Source: Naegleria gruberi (taxonomy: Eukaryota). From it: a stretch of 64,000 bases of DNA. The stretch is taken from NCBI GenBank assembly GCA_000004985.1, contig GG738847.1; one strand, written 5' to 3'. Within the stretch, counting starts at the first letter, position 1; every line of letters starts with the position of its first letter. Positions 33,662-43,224 of this stretch are shown here, one piece after another. Made by a program: the position numbers and the translations under genes. The notes under the pieces are model-generated. The model was not told the DNA's origin, searched no databases, and worked only from the letters and a program-made list of their open reading frames with translations.

Positions 33662-35170
33662 TCATTCAGTGAATGATTTTCCTCTCCAAAATAGTAATCT
33701 TGGTTCTGTTGTACACGTTACCATATAATCCAAAGCATTAATATCCAAGGAAAGAACAGGATATACATCATCTGTTTCACTTGTATCCATTGAATCGTTG
33801 GAAGGGAGTGGTGAGTGTTCAAAATTCTTTGTGTTACAATTCAGTTTAGATACTATTGTCTCTGTTTGAATATCCCAAACATAAACATAACCATCTTCAC
33901 TACATGATAGAATTACATTTTCTTTTGGATGGAAGGTCAAGTTAACACTGAATCGATTATTTACATGTCCTGTATAATTTTTGATATTTCTCACACTAGG
34001 TCTTACTTGCCACAATCTTATAATGGCCGGTTCAGTTTCTTTAGACATTGTACTCACCAAGAGATAATTTCCATGTGGTGAGAGTTTAGCACACGAAAGA
34101 GGTGGAGCATCATGTGGGTCTTTAAGGATAGTTTTCAGACATTGACCAGTTGTTGTATCCCAAATTCTACAAAAACCATCATAGCTTGAGGTGACCAAAA
34201 GTGATCCATCACGTGAAAATGAAACTGATGTTACAGGATCTGAATGAGCTGGCAGCGTACGAAGACATTTTCCTGTCTTGACATCCCACAATCTAACAGT
34301 TTCATCATAACTTCCACTGGCAATAATATTACCACTTGGGCTGTAAGCCACACAATATGCAAATTGATTGTGTCCATGTAAAATCATTAATATTTCACCA
34401 GTTTCAGATGACCACAACCTTACAGAACCATCATCACTGGCCGAACAAATAAATAGCGAATCTGGACTCCAACAAACATCATTCACTCCTTTAATGTGTC
34501 CAACACATTTAACAGTAGGTTCTGGAACTTTAAACTTGTATGCAGTATTAATCACAATATTCGAACTTTTCTTTTCAGTAACATTTGAAAAGTCAACAGT
34601 TATACCATTCTTGGAACTGGTTGAAGTTGATGTTTTAGGATTATTATTATTATTATCAGGATTAAACACTCCTGGTGGTGTTTGCCTTGCTAATAATTCT
34701 CCACTCACATTTTCAATACTATTCTCATGATCCGATACTTTTGAAATTAAATCCCAAATTTGTATAGTTCCATCAGCCGATCCAGTAGCCAATAAACAGC
34801 TATTTGGTGATATTTTAGCTGTGCTAATAGGTTTTGAATGTACTTGTTTAATAACATCGGGAGAGAGGTCATATAAAATTTGAAACTCTACATTTCTAGG
34901 TTTAAAAGGCTTGTTATTAGTTGTTGTTCTATTATTATTTCTACTATTATTATTATTACTAGGCACATCTTCATCGTGAATTGTTTTAGAGTGTACGGAA
35001 TTTTTAATTATGCTTGGTGTTGAATTGCTCAAAACCGATGATGAAGAAGCATGATGTGATGGTGCATCAGCAGACTCTTCATCATCATCAATTATTTTAC
35101 TCTTTCTTGAAGGTGGAATGGAAGGAGAGGAACGAATGGTTGAGGAAGAACCAGTTTGGCTGCTGCTCAT
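33662..35170 (-). CDS. WD40-repeat protein (7 WD repeats, low-complexity N-terminus)
   Basis: Track ORF starts at a CTG. The first ATG (aaaaaaaaATGagc) is 24 nt downstream at ~35170. Multiple GH...WD units. Confidence 0.7.
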   Translation of the reverse strand: MSSSQTGSSSTIRSSPSIPPSRKSKIIDDDEESADAPSHHASSSSVLSNSTPSIIKNSVHSKTIHDEDVPSNNNNSRNNNRTTTNNKPFKPRNVEFQILYDLSPDVIKQVHSKPISTAKISPNSCLLATGSADGTIQIWDLISKVSDHENSIENVSGELLARQTPPGVFNPDNNNNNPKTSTSTSSKNGITVDFSNVTEKKSSNIVINTAYKFKVPEPTVKCVGHIKGVNDVCWSPDSLFICSASDDGSVRLWSSETGEILMILHGHNQFAYCVAYSPSGNIIASGSYDETVRLWDVKTGKCLRTLPAHSDPVTSVSFSRDGSLLVTSSYDGFCRIWDTTTGQCLKTILKDPHDAPPLSCAKLSPHGNYLLVSTMSKETEPAIIRLWQVRPSVRNIKNYTGHVNNRFSVNLTFHPKENVILSCSEDGYVYVWDIQTETIVSKLNCNTKNFEHSPLPSNDSMDTSETDDVYPVLSLDINALDYMVTCTTEPRLLFWRGKSFTE

Positions 35171-35335
35171 TTTTTTTTGGTTAATTTCCAGCATTTCATT
35201 GATATTATATATTTAATAATACTAGTATTATAAACATTACAAAATTAGGAACTAAGCCAAAATCTATGATTGGGATAATTTTAGATTTCAACTCTATAAA
35301 AAAATTAATTGTTGAACTCCATCACTGCGCGCACC

Positions 35336-35761
35336 ATGATAGCAAATAATAGCACACACATGAATATCATCAAATCTGATCAATTCGCTCACAAAATTTG
35401 TGGTATGAATCAGAGAATGATTAACGTTTTCAGAGCTTCCCGTGATGATCCCACCAAACTCGAACAAAATTTCCTTCTCATGATTGCCAATATTAAGAGG
35501 AAAATACTTGGTGGATTAAAGTTGGAAGCATCGGAATCGATCAGTGTTGGCTTTACCTTTGGAAATGTGGCCCAAGTTTTAACGAGTCATAATTTAAATA
35601 TTCAAGAAAATGATATTGTTGTTTGTTTCCTTTTAGATACTTTGGATATTGATAGTAAGATGGTTACTGCTATTAGAAAATCATCAAAAGTAGTTGATGC
35701 AAGTGATAAATCAGCAGTTTGGAATTTACTTTACAAATTCGATGCAACTTCTTTCCAATAA
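35336..35761 (+). CDS. Hypothetical 141-aa protein
   Basis: First ATG in track ORF 35309..35761. No recognisable family. Confidence 0.4.
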   Translation: MIANNSTHMNIIKSDQFAHKICGMNQRMINVFRASRDDPTKLEQNFLLMIANIKRKILGGLKLEASESISVGFTFGNVAQVLTSHNLNIQENDIVVCFLLDTLDIDSKMVTAIRKSSKVVDASDKSAVWNLLYKFDATSFQ

Positions 35762-35834
35762 TAAAAACAAAAACAAGAATTAAACTAATATTAAACAACA
35801 AAATATTTCATTGTAAAATTTAGTGTCATGATAT

Positions 35835-36239
35835 TTAATTTTGTTCACCAACACATCCACATGTACGACATCCTCTCTCATCCAAAAGATAACCATTTTC
35901 ACAATGTCTAAAACAGTAAAGTTGAGCACAAGCAACTGCTGGTTTACAAGCACAAACTGGACAACCAAGTTCATTAACTTTGAAACCATTTGGACAGTAC
36001 ATTCTACACATTCTCTTATTACAAACACCAGTGACCAATTGTTGAGAAATATCACTCAATGCAACTTCTTCTTCGACACATGTACATGTTTGACAACCTT
36101 TAGCGTTTAATTCATAACCGTGACGACAGTAACGAGCACATTTGACCATTGGACAGTTTGCATTTCTTATTTCGTAGGACAAGTTGACCATCATGCTGAT
36201 GACAACGAGGAATAAACAAATGGCGAGAGTTGTTTTCAT
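35835..36239 (-). CDS. Secreted cysteine-rich protein with three antistasin-like modules (C-x4-C-x3-C-x2-G-[YF]-x2-[ND]-x2-G-C-x2-C-x-C)
   Basis: ATG at 36239 (aaaaaaaaATGaaa). Signal peptide MKTTLAICLFLVVISMMVN. Three ~30-aa 6-Cys repeats (CPMVKCARYCRHGYELNAKGCQTCTC; CNKRMCRMYCPNGFKVNELGCPVCAC; CAQLYCFRHCENGYLLDERGCRTCGC). Confidence 0.65.
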   Translation of the reverse strand: MKTTLAICLFLVVISMMVNLSYEIRNANCPMVKCARYCRHGYELNAKGCQTCTCVEEEVALSDISQQLVTGVCNKRMCRMYCPNGFKVNELGCPVCACKPAVACAQLYCFRHCENGYLLDERGCRTCGCVGEQN

Positions 36240-36482
36240 TTTTTTTTGATATTATTAGGATTCGTTGTTGAAAGGGAGAGGTCATTACTTATTCGAAATG
36301 GTGATGATTATCTTGATGATTATAATAAGTAGTATCTCATGAGATTTGGCATTATAATAATTTGAATGGGTTGTTTATAAAATCATTAGATTCCATTGTA
36401 CTTGAATCTCAACTTGCAATTTACTAGAAAAATAAATTGTAAACAAAATTGGACAAATCAAGTTGAGAAAATCAAAATGTAA

Positions 36483-36553
36483 GGGGGCGAGGGGGAATCG
36501 AACCCCCGGCCACAGCTTTGGAGGCTGCGATGTTACCATTACACCACCGCCCC
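36483..36553 (-). tRNA. tRNA-Trp (anticodon CCA), 71 nt, no encoded CCA
   Basis: Cloverleaf folded by hand. Acceptor GGGGCGG/TCGCCCC (G7-U66). D arm GTGT-AATGGTA-ACAT. Anticodon stem GCAGC/GCTGT with loop CTCCAAA (U33, C34-C35-A36, A37). T arm GGGGG-TTCGATT-CCCCC. Discriminator C. Confidence 0.75.
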
Positions 36554-36615
36554 TTACCTGTTTATTCTTATAAAATTTCGTTCTTATAATAAACATCCTT
36601 AAAGAGATAATTTTA

Positions 36616-37920
36616 TTAAAAATCAACTGATTCCATACTTAAAACTCCTCGACTAATGCAAACTGAGTAAATCTTTGAATTGGTTGAAGCAGCTATTGCA
36701 CAATCTTCAACACCCTCAATCTTTGATGAAATCTGCTTATTTACCTGCCCTGCACTATTAACCAACACATAATCTTGAATTCTGGAAACTGAAATTCCAT
36801 TTCCAAGAGCTGCCAATCCATATCCTCTTGTTGCAAAATTATAATTTTTCTGAATTTCAATATTTCCAATATTGTCTGCCTTTGAAGTAATGCCAATTAA
36901 ATTTGGAATAGCTTTTGCATCAGAGCACACAATTCGAATATCAAACACAAAGTTATTCGAATCTAGTTTGGTCACATTAGCTGTTGGACTTGCACAATTT
37001 CCATGTTGTGCCACCCAAGGATTGAACAATATAACAGATTGCTTTCCAAAACTCTTTTCAACATTGATAACACTCAAATAATCACCACCTGAAACTATTG
37101 TTTGAACACTTGCAGCTGCTATCCATCCTGGAATTCCCAAATAACTCATTGACACGATGGTATATTCCTGATTGGAAAATATTGGACTAGTTGGTTGACC
37201 TGTCAAAACTCTTAATCTAAAAACATAATTTTGACCTCCAATGTAGATCATATCATTTCCATCCCCATATTCATTTGGTACCAGAAGCATGCTACCTGTT
37301 TCCATCACTATTCTATTGTTAACTTGCCAAACAATTTCCAAGCTTGACAATTTCACACCAATAATTTGATCGGTTGAAATAATTACTAAAATGTCATGTC
37401 TTTCAGAGTATGCAGTATCCCAAACAGATCCATCTTGGAGCATTTTCAAAACTCTGAATTCAGCTTTGAAATTATTCAAAGTGTCAAACTTTACAATAAT
37501 TGGGAATGTGTAATTGAGTGTCAAAACATTGACATATACTTCAGAAGATGTCAAAATAGATTGTGTTAACTCTGATGCGGATACGGATGCAGGTAACCCT
37601 GGAAATTCAGTGATTCTAGTTGAAAGACCAGTTTGTAAATCAACCTGAACTATTTTAACAGCATTTTTCATATCAGAAACTAAACTAAAGGCCTTTCCTT
37701 GCTTGGAAGAAAACACAAGTGATTGCTTGAAATCGCCAAAATAAACATCACCACAACCAGCACAAATATTGGCATTCTCCCAATTTGCATGCGATTTGCG
37801 AAAATTAAATTTGTTTGTTCTGAACTCATCAAATTTTTGTTGTGGCCATTGGCAGTTGACAAGTGTCAACAAGAGATGGAGAATAACACAAAGCACTAGA
37901 GTGTTTTTACTTGCTGACAT
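36616..37920 (-). CDS. Hypothetical secreted protein (434 aa, signal peptide)
   Basis: ATG at 37920 (aaaaaaaATGtca). Signal peptide LVLCVILHLLLTLVNC. No recognisable family. Confidence 0.5.
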   Translation of the reverse strand: MSASKNTLVLCVILHLLLTLVNCQWPQQKFDEFRTNKFNFRKSHANWENANICAGCGDVYFGDFKQSLVFSSKQGKAFSLVSDMKNAVKIVQVDLQTGLSTRITEFPGLPASVSASELTQSILTSSEVYVNVLTLNYTFPIIVKFDTLNNFKAEFRVLKMLQDGSVWDTAYSERHDILVIISTDQIIGVKLSSLEIVWQVNNRIVMETGSMLLVPNEYGDGNDMIYIGGQNYVFRLRVLTGQPTSPIFSNQEYTIVSMSYLGIPGWIAAASVQTIVSGGDYLSVINVEKSFGKQSVILFNPWVAQHGNCASPTANVTKLDSNNFVFDIRIVCSDAKAIPNLIGITSKADNIGNIEIQKNYNFATRGYGLAALGNGISVSRIQDYVLVNSAGQVNKQISSKIEGVEDCAIAASTNSKIYSVCISRGVLSMESVDF

Positions 37921-38086
37921 TTTTTTTCAAGATATTTCAATCTCCTCGCTCTAAATTTTTTGGTCAACTAACAATCAGTTATGAAATGATGGATTTCAAA
38001 CTCCTAGAACTCAATTTGTTCCACGATTTCTGATTCACTCAATGGAGATGATTAATTTTAATTTTCCATAGTGGAATACACATTGA

Positions 38087-38716
38087 GGAGTTTTGACGCA
38101 ATTAACAAGTTTGAATATTGGCTTTAATGGAATTGGATCTAAAGGGGCTGCCCATATAAGTGAGATGAAACTATTGACTGAATTAAATATTGAAACAAAT
38201 TATATCAAAGATGAGGGAGCTGAATCAATATCTAAATTGAAAAGCTTGACCAATCTTAAGGCAAGGGGAAACGGAATTACAGAAATAGGAGCGAATGCAA
38301 TCAGTACATTACAAAGATTGAATTGCCTTGATATAAAAGAAAATAGAATAAGATCAGAAGGAGTAATTTCCATTTCCAAGTTGACTCGTTTAACCAAACT
38401 TGATATAAGAAATAATGTTGTAACAAATGAAGGACTTGCTTCTATTGATAGGTTAGAACATTTAACAAAGTTAGTTATTACCAACAATAGGATATCTGAT
38501 GAAGGAGCATTATTTATTAGCAAGTTGAAGCATTTAAACTTTCTTGACATTAGCTCAAATAGTATTTCAGACATTGGTGCAGAATACCTCAGCAAAATGC
38601 GCACCCTAACAAGTATTAACGCAAATAGGAATGAAATTGGATCTGATGGGAAAAGATTGCTTTCTAATATGAAAATTTTAGTTTCTTATTCAAAACAAAG
38701 AGCAAGCTTATTATAA
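38087..38716 (+). CDS. RNI-type LRR protein fragment (~8 x 24-aa repeats) lacking an F-box; truncated paralog of the 2996..4207 family or a gene with an undetected 5' exon
   Basis: The frame opens right after a TGA at 38084-86 with no ATG. The track start is a TTG. Repeats read L(T/N)xLxIxxNxI(G/S)xEGAxxIS. The upstream intergenic space to the neighbouring gene is only ~165 bp. Confidence 0.4.
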   Translation, partial: GVLTQLTSLNIGFNGIGSKGAAHISEMKLLTELNIETNYIKDEGAESISKLKSLTNLKARGNGITEIGANAISTLQRLNCLDIKENRIRSEGVISISKLTRLTKLDIRNNVVTNEGLASIDRLEHLTKLVITNNRISDEGALFISKLKHLNFLDISSNSISDIGAEYLSKMRTLTSINANRNEIGSDGKRLLSNMKILVSYSKQRASLL

Positions 38717-38719
38717 ATT

Positions 38720-39745
38720 CTACTTTTCTCCAAAATAATTGTAATCCTTTAAATAATCAAAATCAAAATTGGTATTGAATAAAGGAGTCCTATCTCCATC
38801 ATCTATATGTTCACTTGAATCCGTTTGTTGTTGTCGCAATTCATCCTTACCAATAAACTGATTCAAGAGTTGGAGCAGAATCTTGCTTCTATCATCAAGA
38901 TTGCAAAAGTTCTGTAAATCATTCATTGTCTTGATTGATTTAATGTCCTTTCCTAACTTTCTCATAAATATTTCAAACTTTTTTGAATCATTTCCATCGC
39001 CTTCTTCATCTTGTGAGCCACTTTCATTGGTTGTTTTATTCTTTTTAGATGGTTGACCCACAATGAGTGGTAATTCACCAGATGGTGAGAATGGTGATTC
39101 ACACATTTCTCTTCTCTTCTTTTCATTATCAATCATTCGAGAAAAAACTGTCATGCCATTCAAAATATGCATCTTAGCATTCTTATCAGCACCACCACTA
39201 TTTGTGAGTACAATTATTCCAATCATGAAATTGCTGTACACTGATGAAATCTTCACCTTCTTGAATATGTCAAACTTGATGACATTTCTAGTTTTCTTTC
39301 CTTTCATACTTTCAGTGCTAAAGAGAGTCAACTTGTTAGGTTCATCTAATTGGAAAATGTAGGCAAATATCGAGTTTTGAGGCTCCTCCACACCATAAAA
39401 CAAATTGCTCAACAAGTCGACACTAATTCTATATCGAATAGTTTTTCGATGTTTAAGAATTTTGGTATCGAAAGTTTCCTCATCAATATCAGTCTCCACT
39501 GAGAATGCATCCTTTGAGTTGTGAGCAACGAATGGCCCTTCATGAAAGCTTCCTCCTCTCAATTCATTCAGTAAAACATCTCTGGCCAAGGGATGGACAG
39601 TAATCACATCTGTGGCCACAAGAGGAAGACCATAAGAAAACTTTTTAAATTGCATATTAATGGAGCACTCGACCTTTCTATTCCTCACAATAGGAGTGGT
39701 CAATACGCTTTGATGATTCAATAGACTTTCTAAATTTTTGCTCAT
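38720..39745 (-). CDS. Hypothetical protein (341 aa)
   Basis: Track ORF starts at a GTG. The first ATG (acaATGagc) is 9 nt downstream. No confident family. Confidence 0.45.
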   Translation of the reverse strand: MSKNLESLLNHQSVLTTPIVRNRKVECSINMQFKKFSYGLPLVATDVITVHPLARDVLLNELRGGSFHEGPFVAHNSKDAFSVETDIDEETFDTKILKHRKTIRYRISVDLLSNLFYGVEEPQNSIFAYIFQLDEPNKLTLFSTESMKGKKTRNVIKFDIFKKVKISSVYSNFMIGIIVLTNSGGADKNAKMHILNGMTVFSRMIDNEKKRREMCESPFSPSGELPLIVGQPSKKNKTTNESGSQDEEGDGNDSKKFEIFMRKLGKDIKSIKTMNDLQNFCNLDDRSKILLQLLNQFIGKDELRQQQTDSSEHIDDGDRTPLFNTNFDFDYLKDYNYFGEK

Positions 39746-40013
39746 TGTGATCACAGAAATTGATTTGTTTTTGTTTTTTTTGTTTTTTTTTGTTTTTATT
39801 TCTTAATTTTTTGTATTGTTGCAGAGTTTATTGCATCACTTTGGTGTAACACTGAATCACACAACACTTTTCATGCAAGAGAAGTTGAGAATTCACCATT
39901 ACCACGGAGAGCAAATAATCATGTATTGGTGATGAGATGTTAAGGTTGCAGATACAAATAATTTCTATCTTGCTAATAATTGTTTTCTAATTTTTAATTA
40001 AAAATACAAAAAA

Positions 40014-40868
40014 ATGATAGAAAGTAAAGAAACAAAAAACATCCAACAAACAACAACAAAAACTCAAAAAGAAAACCTATCAAATTTCCTTCTCCTATTA
40101 AAACAGGGAGACATTGCCAGAGTTTCCGAAATATTTCATCATGATGATCAATTTAAAAAAAGCCTTGATGAAGATGATTTCAAAGAGTTTGGTAAAATTG
40201 CTGCCCAAAACAATTATTCAGACTTGGTTGAATTAATATTCAATGAATGGAGATTGTTGGAAACTACTGAAATTCGTCCAATCAAAGATATTGTTTTCCT
40301 TCTTGATGTTCTTATGGAGGCTTGTGAACATTCGAGTGTGGATGTGGTTAAATTCGTTCTCCCACGTATGGATACTCCCTATAGATCTCAAGTCGATTTG
40401 GTAAAGTTTATTTCTCCAATCTATTTGGGAATTACGAATTTGGATATTGTTAAATTGTATTATGAAAAGTTTGATGTGAATCAAAGTTGTTATGTCATGT
40501 CAGAAGATATGTTTAATACTGAATATGAGATTTTCCCATTGTCTCATGCAGTGGAAATGGATGCAGAGTTGAGTATTGTGAAATATTTACTTGATAAGGG
40601 AGCTAAGGTTAATGAATCGAGTGGCAGATTGTTTTATACAGCCCTATATTATGCATGTTTGGTGAGAAATGAGGAAACTACCAAGTTATTATTGAAATAT
40701 GGAGCTGATCCTCAATATGTCTTGGATACAAACAGTGAAAAGGTGATAGACTTTCTTTCGAATATTTTGGAAAATTTGAAAATAATAGAAGAAACGAAGG
40801 TGGAATTCCATGACAACCTGCAACAAAATATTTCATTAACAGATATTCAGATTTTATTTACAAATTAA
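40014..40868 (+). CDS. Ankyrin-repeat-containing protein
   Basis: ATG at 40014 (aaaaaaATGata). C-terminal ANK-like units (AVEMDAELSIVKYLLDKGAKVNE; TALYYACLVRNEETTKLLLKYGADPQ). Confidence 0.55.
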   Translation: MIESKETKNIQQTTTKTQKENLSNFLLLLKQGDIARVSEIFHHDDQFKKSLDEDDFKEFGKIAAQNNYSDLVELIFNEWRLLETTEIRPIKDIVFLLDVLMEACEHSSVDVVKFVLPRMDTPYRSQVDLVKFISPIYLGITNLDIVKLYYEKFDVNQSCYVMSEDMFNTEYEIFPLSHAVEMDAELSIVKYLLDKGAKVNESSGRLFYTALYYACLVRNEETTKLLLKYGADPQYVLDTNSEKVIDFLSNILENLKIIEETKVEFHDNLQQNISLTDIQILFTN

Positions 40869-40880
40869 AATAATTGACAT

Positions 40881-42302
40881 TTACCATTCCAAAGATCTTT
40901 TGGATAGAGATTTCAAAGTTGGACTATTTTCAGAGTAGAATTGCGAATACCATCTTCTAAATTGACCTATTGGTCCATCAGTTCTCACCAACACTGGCTT
41001 TGGAAGATAGGTTTTGGTATTCCAAATTGGAATGTCTTGTTCCACAAAGGAGGTCATCAAGATTAAAAACCACTTGGCAAAGAATCTAGGAATATACCAA
41101 GGAACATAGAGAACATGTTCAACATGTTGATGAAGAGGGCCAACTGGAGTTACGGTCTGAACGAGATCAAACTTTCCTAAAATTGTAGAAAACTCAAACA
41201 TGACCAAACCAGGTCCATATTGACCTCCCTTTACATCCACAACACTGAATGGAATTTTCAACCTATCATTCATGGCAGTTGAAACGTGTTGAACTTGAAA
41301 GTAAGCCACATGGGAATCTTCCTTCTTTTCACCTTTTTGCCACTTGGCTCCCCAAATATTCCACACAAATCCAAAAGTATTTCTCATTTCTCTATGGACA
41401 ACATTTAAATGATTGGCATCTGGTCCATTCTCTGGAATTTCCTGAATATGACAATAGATGTGATGAGCAATCTTTCCATGTGTGAAGAGATTTTGTCTTA
41501 CTGATGGTGGTTGCCAATGAGGTTCACGACCCTCTGCATCAAACCACAAATAGACGTTATCATTTCTTTCAATAATTGTATAACTCTTGGTGTGGGCTTG
41601 TGATGGAATGCCATCTCTATGTTCACACTCTTCCACTTGTTCACAAGATTCAGCCAATTTTCCACTCTTGTTTTTTGCAATATCAAGAGTTGAATCTTGA
41701 ACAGATAGCTCACTTTTGAATTGACCATTCTTTTTCAAAATTGGCATTGGAAGTGGAGAATCACCAACGGAAACACATTTTCCCTCTCCATTGAATGACC
41801 AATGATGAAATGGACATGTCAAACATTCACCATTGACACTTCCCAATGACAGATTAGCTCCCAAATGAGTACAGTAAGCATCGATAGCATGAACTGTTTT
41901 GGAATGTTGAGCTCTATAGACAGCTAGTTCTAGACCTAACATGCTCTTGTAGATTACTTGTCCAGGGGAAAGATCCCATGAATTGCAGATTTTGAACCAT
42001 CCATTTGGATAAACTGGTGGAAAGTCACCAATTCTCTTTCTACTCTTGGAAGCCAAGAAGGAAGTTCTGGTGGATGGTTTCATTTCGGAAAGTTTAGGTT
42101 CAAGATCAATGAATCTATCAAGAGGATGAAAGAATGAAGAGTAAACTTCCGAAATCAAACTCTTTAATAATTTCCATACAATTGCAAGCACAATAATTGA
42201 AACTCCCAATATGCAAATGTTATTAAAGCTTGTAATATTTTCCACATCAATTGATTGATAAATTTTGGAAAGTGACTGATGGAAGAGAGTTTCGTCTTGC
42301 AT
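40881..42302 (-). CDS. Rieske [2Fe-2S] non-heme-iron oxygenase, Neverland/DAF-36-like (putative sterol C7-desaturase)
   Basis: 473 aa; ATG at 42302. N-terminal TM helix ICILGVSIIVLAIVWKLL. Rieske motif CTHLGANLSLG...CPFHHW. Mononuclear-iron motif D-A-N-H-L-N-V-V-H. Confidence 0.7.
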   Translation of the reverse strand: MQDETLFHQSLSKIYQSIDVENITSFNNICILGVSIIVLAIVWKLLKSLISEVYSSFFHPLDRFIDLEPKLSEMKPSTRTSFLASKSRKRIGDFPPVYPNGWFKICNSWDLSPGQVIYKSMLGLELAVYRAQHSKTVHAIDAYCTHLGANLSLGSVNGECLTCPFHHWSFNGEGKCVSVGDSPLPMPILKKNGQFKSELSVQDSTLDIAKNKSGKLAESCEQVEECEHRDGIPSQAHTKSYTIIERNDNVYLWFDAEGREPHWQPPSVRQNLFTHGKIAHHIYCHIQEIPENGPDANHLNVVHREMRNTFGFVWNIWGAKWQKGEKKEDSHVAYFQVQHVSTAMNDRLKIPFSVVDVKGGQYGPGLVMFEFSTILGKFDLVQTVTPVGPLHQHVEHVLYVPWYIPRFFAKWFLILMTSFVEQDIPIWNTKTYLPKPVLVRTDGPIGQFRRWYSQFYSENSPTLKSLSKRSLEW

Positions 42303-42558
42303 TTTGTTTTTTTAATGTTTTTGAAAGCTTATATCCCTTCACTCGGCCATTGCTTTACAACGATAGGAAGTCCTACTTTACAATGTGTTGAGGAGTTACG
42401 ATAAGATCTATAAAAGGAACAGTAAAATCCTGTACATTACAATGAAAAATAATTAACTTCTGACCCCTCTTCATTGTTCCTTGAAATTCAACTTGATATT
42501 GAACTTTAACACTTGACAATATCAACTTCCAACTTCCCAAGCAAGCTCTACAAAAAAA

Positions 42559-43161
42559 ATGTCTCAAAACCTTCTCACGGCTGCCACTACCATGAACAAT
42601 CACGAAGAAGAGCTTGAAGTTCCAGGCTTTTCATGGATTATAGAATCGGAATTGGCTGGTATGAAATTTCCATCCCTTCCCGAACATTACAAAAATTTAA
42701 ATCATCATCACATTGGTTTGGTGATTTGTGTGAATGAGAGGGTAGCTTCCTTTGTTGAACAATTACCTCATTCAGAATATTTTAATTTAATTTCTAAAAA
42801 ATTACAAAAAATAGAAAATTGTGAAGAATTTACTTATAATGTTGGAAAATTGAATATTGCTCATTTTCCTATTAATGATTATGGAGTTCCTAATATGGAA
42901 TTAATGAATGAAATGATAAAATTGGTAGAATATGTGAGAAAGGTGGATTCGAACAGGGGAATTGTTGTGCATTGCATGGCTGGACTTTCTAGGACTGGAA
43001 TGATTCTGGCATGTTTGTTGGTGAGAGTATGGAAAATGACATTTGAGGAGTCAATCAAGTTGGTCAATCAGAAGAGAGGAAGAAATGGTAGAGGAGTAAT
43101 GACTAGCAAGCAAGAAGCATTTGTGGAAGATTTTTCAAAGACTATTCCTAATATTCAATAA
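42559..43161 (+). CDS. Dual-specificity protein phosphatase (small DUSP, DUSP23-like)
   Basis: ATG at 42559 (aaaaaaaATGtct). Catalytic loop VVHCMAGLSRTGMILACLLV. Confidence 0.75.
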   Translation: MSQNLLTAATTMNNHEEELEVPGFSWIIESELAGMKFPSLPEHYKNLNHHHIGLVICVNERVASFVEQLPHSEYFNLISKKLQKIENCEEFTYNVGKLNIAHFPINDYGVPNMELMNEMIKLVEYVRKVDSNRGIVVHCMAGLSRTGMILACLLVRVWKMTFEESIKLVNQKRGRNGRGVMTSKQEAFVEDFSKTIPNIQ

Positions 43162-43224
43162 GATTACTATTTTTAAATACTATTTCGAATCTTACTAATT
43201 AAGAGCTAAAAATTTACTTCTTGA

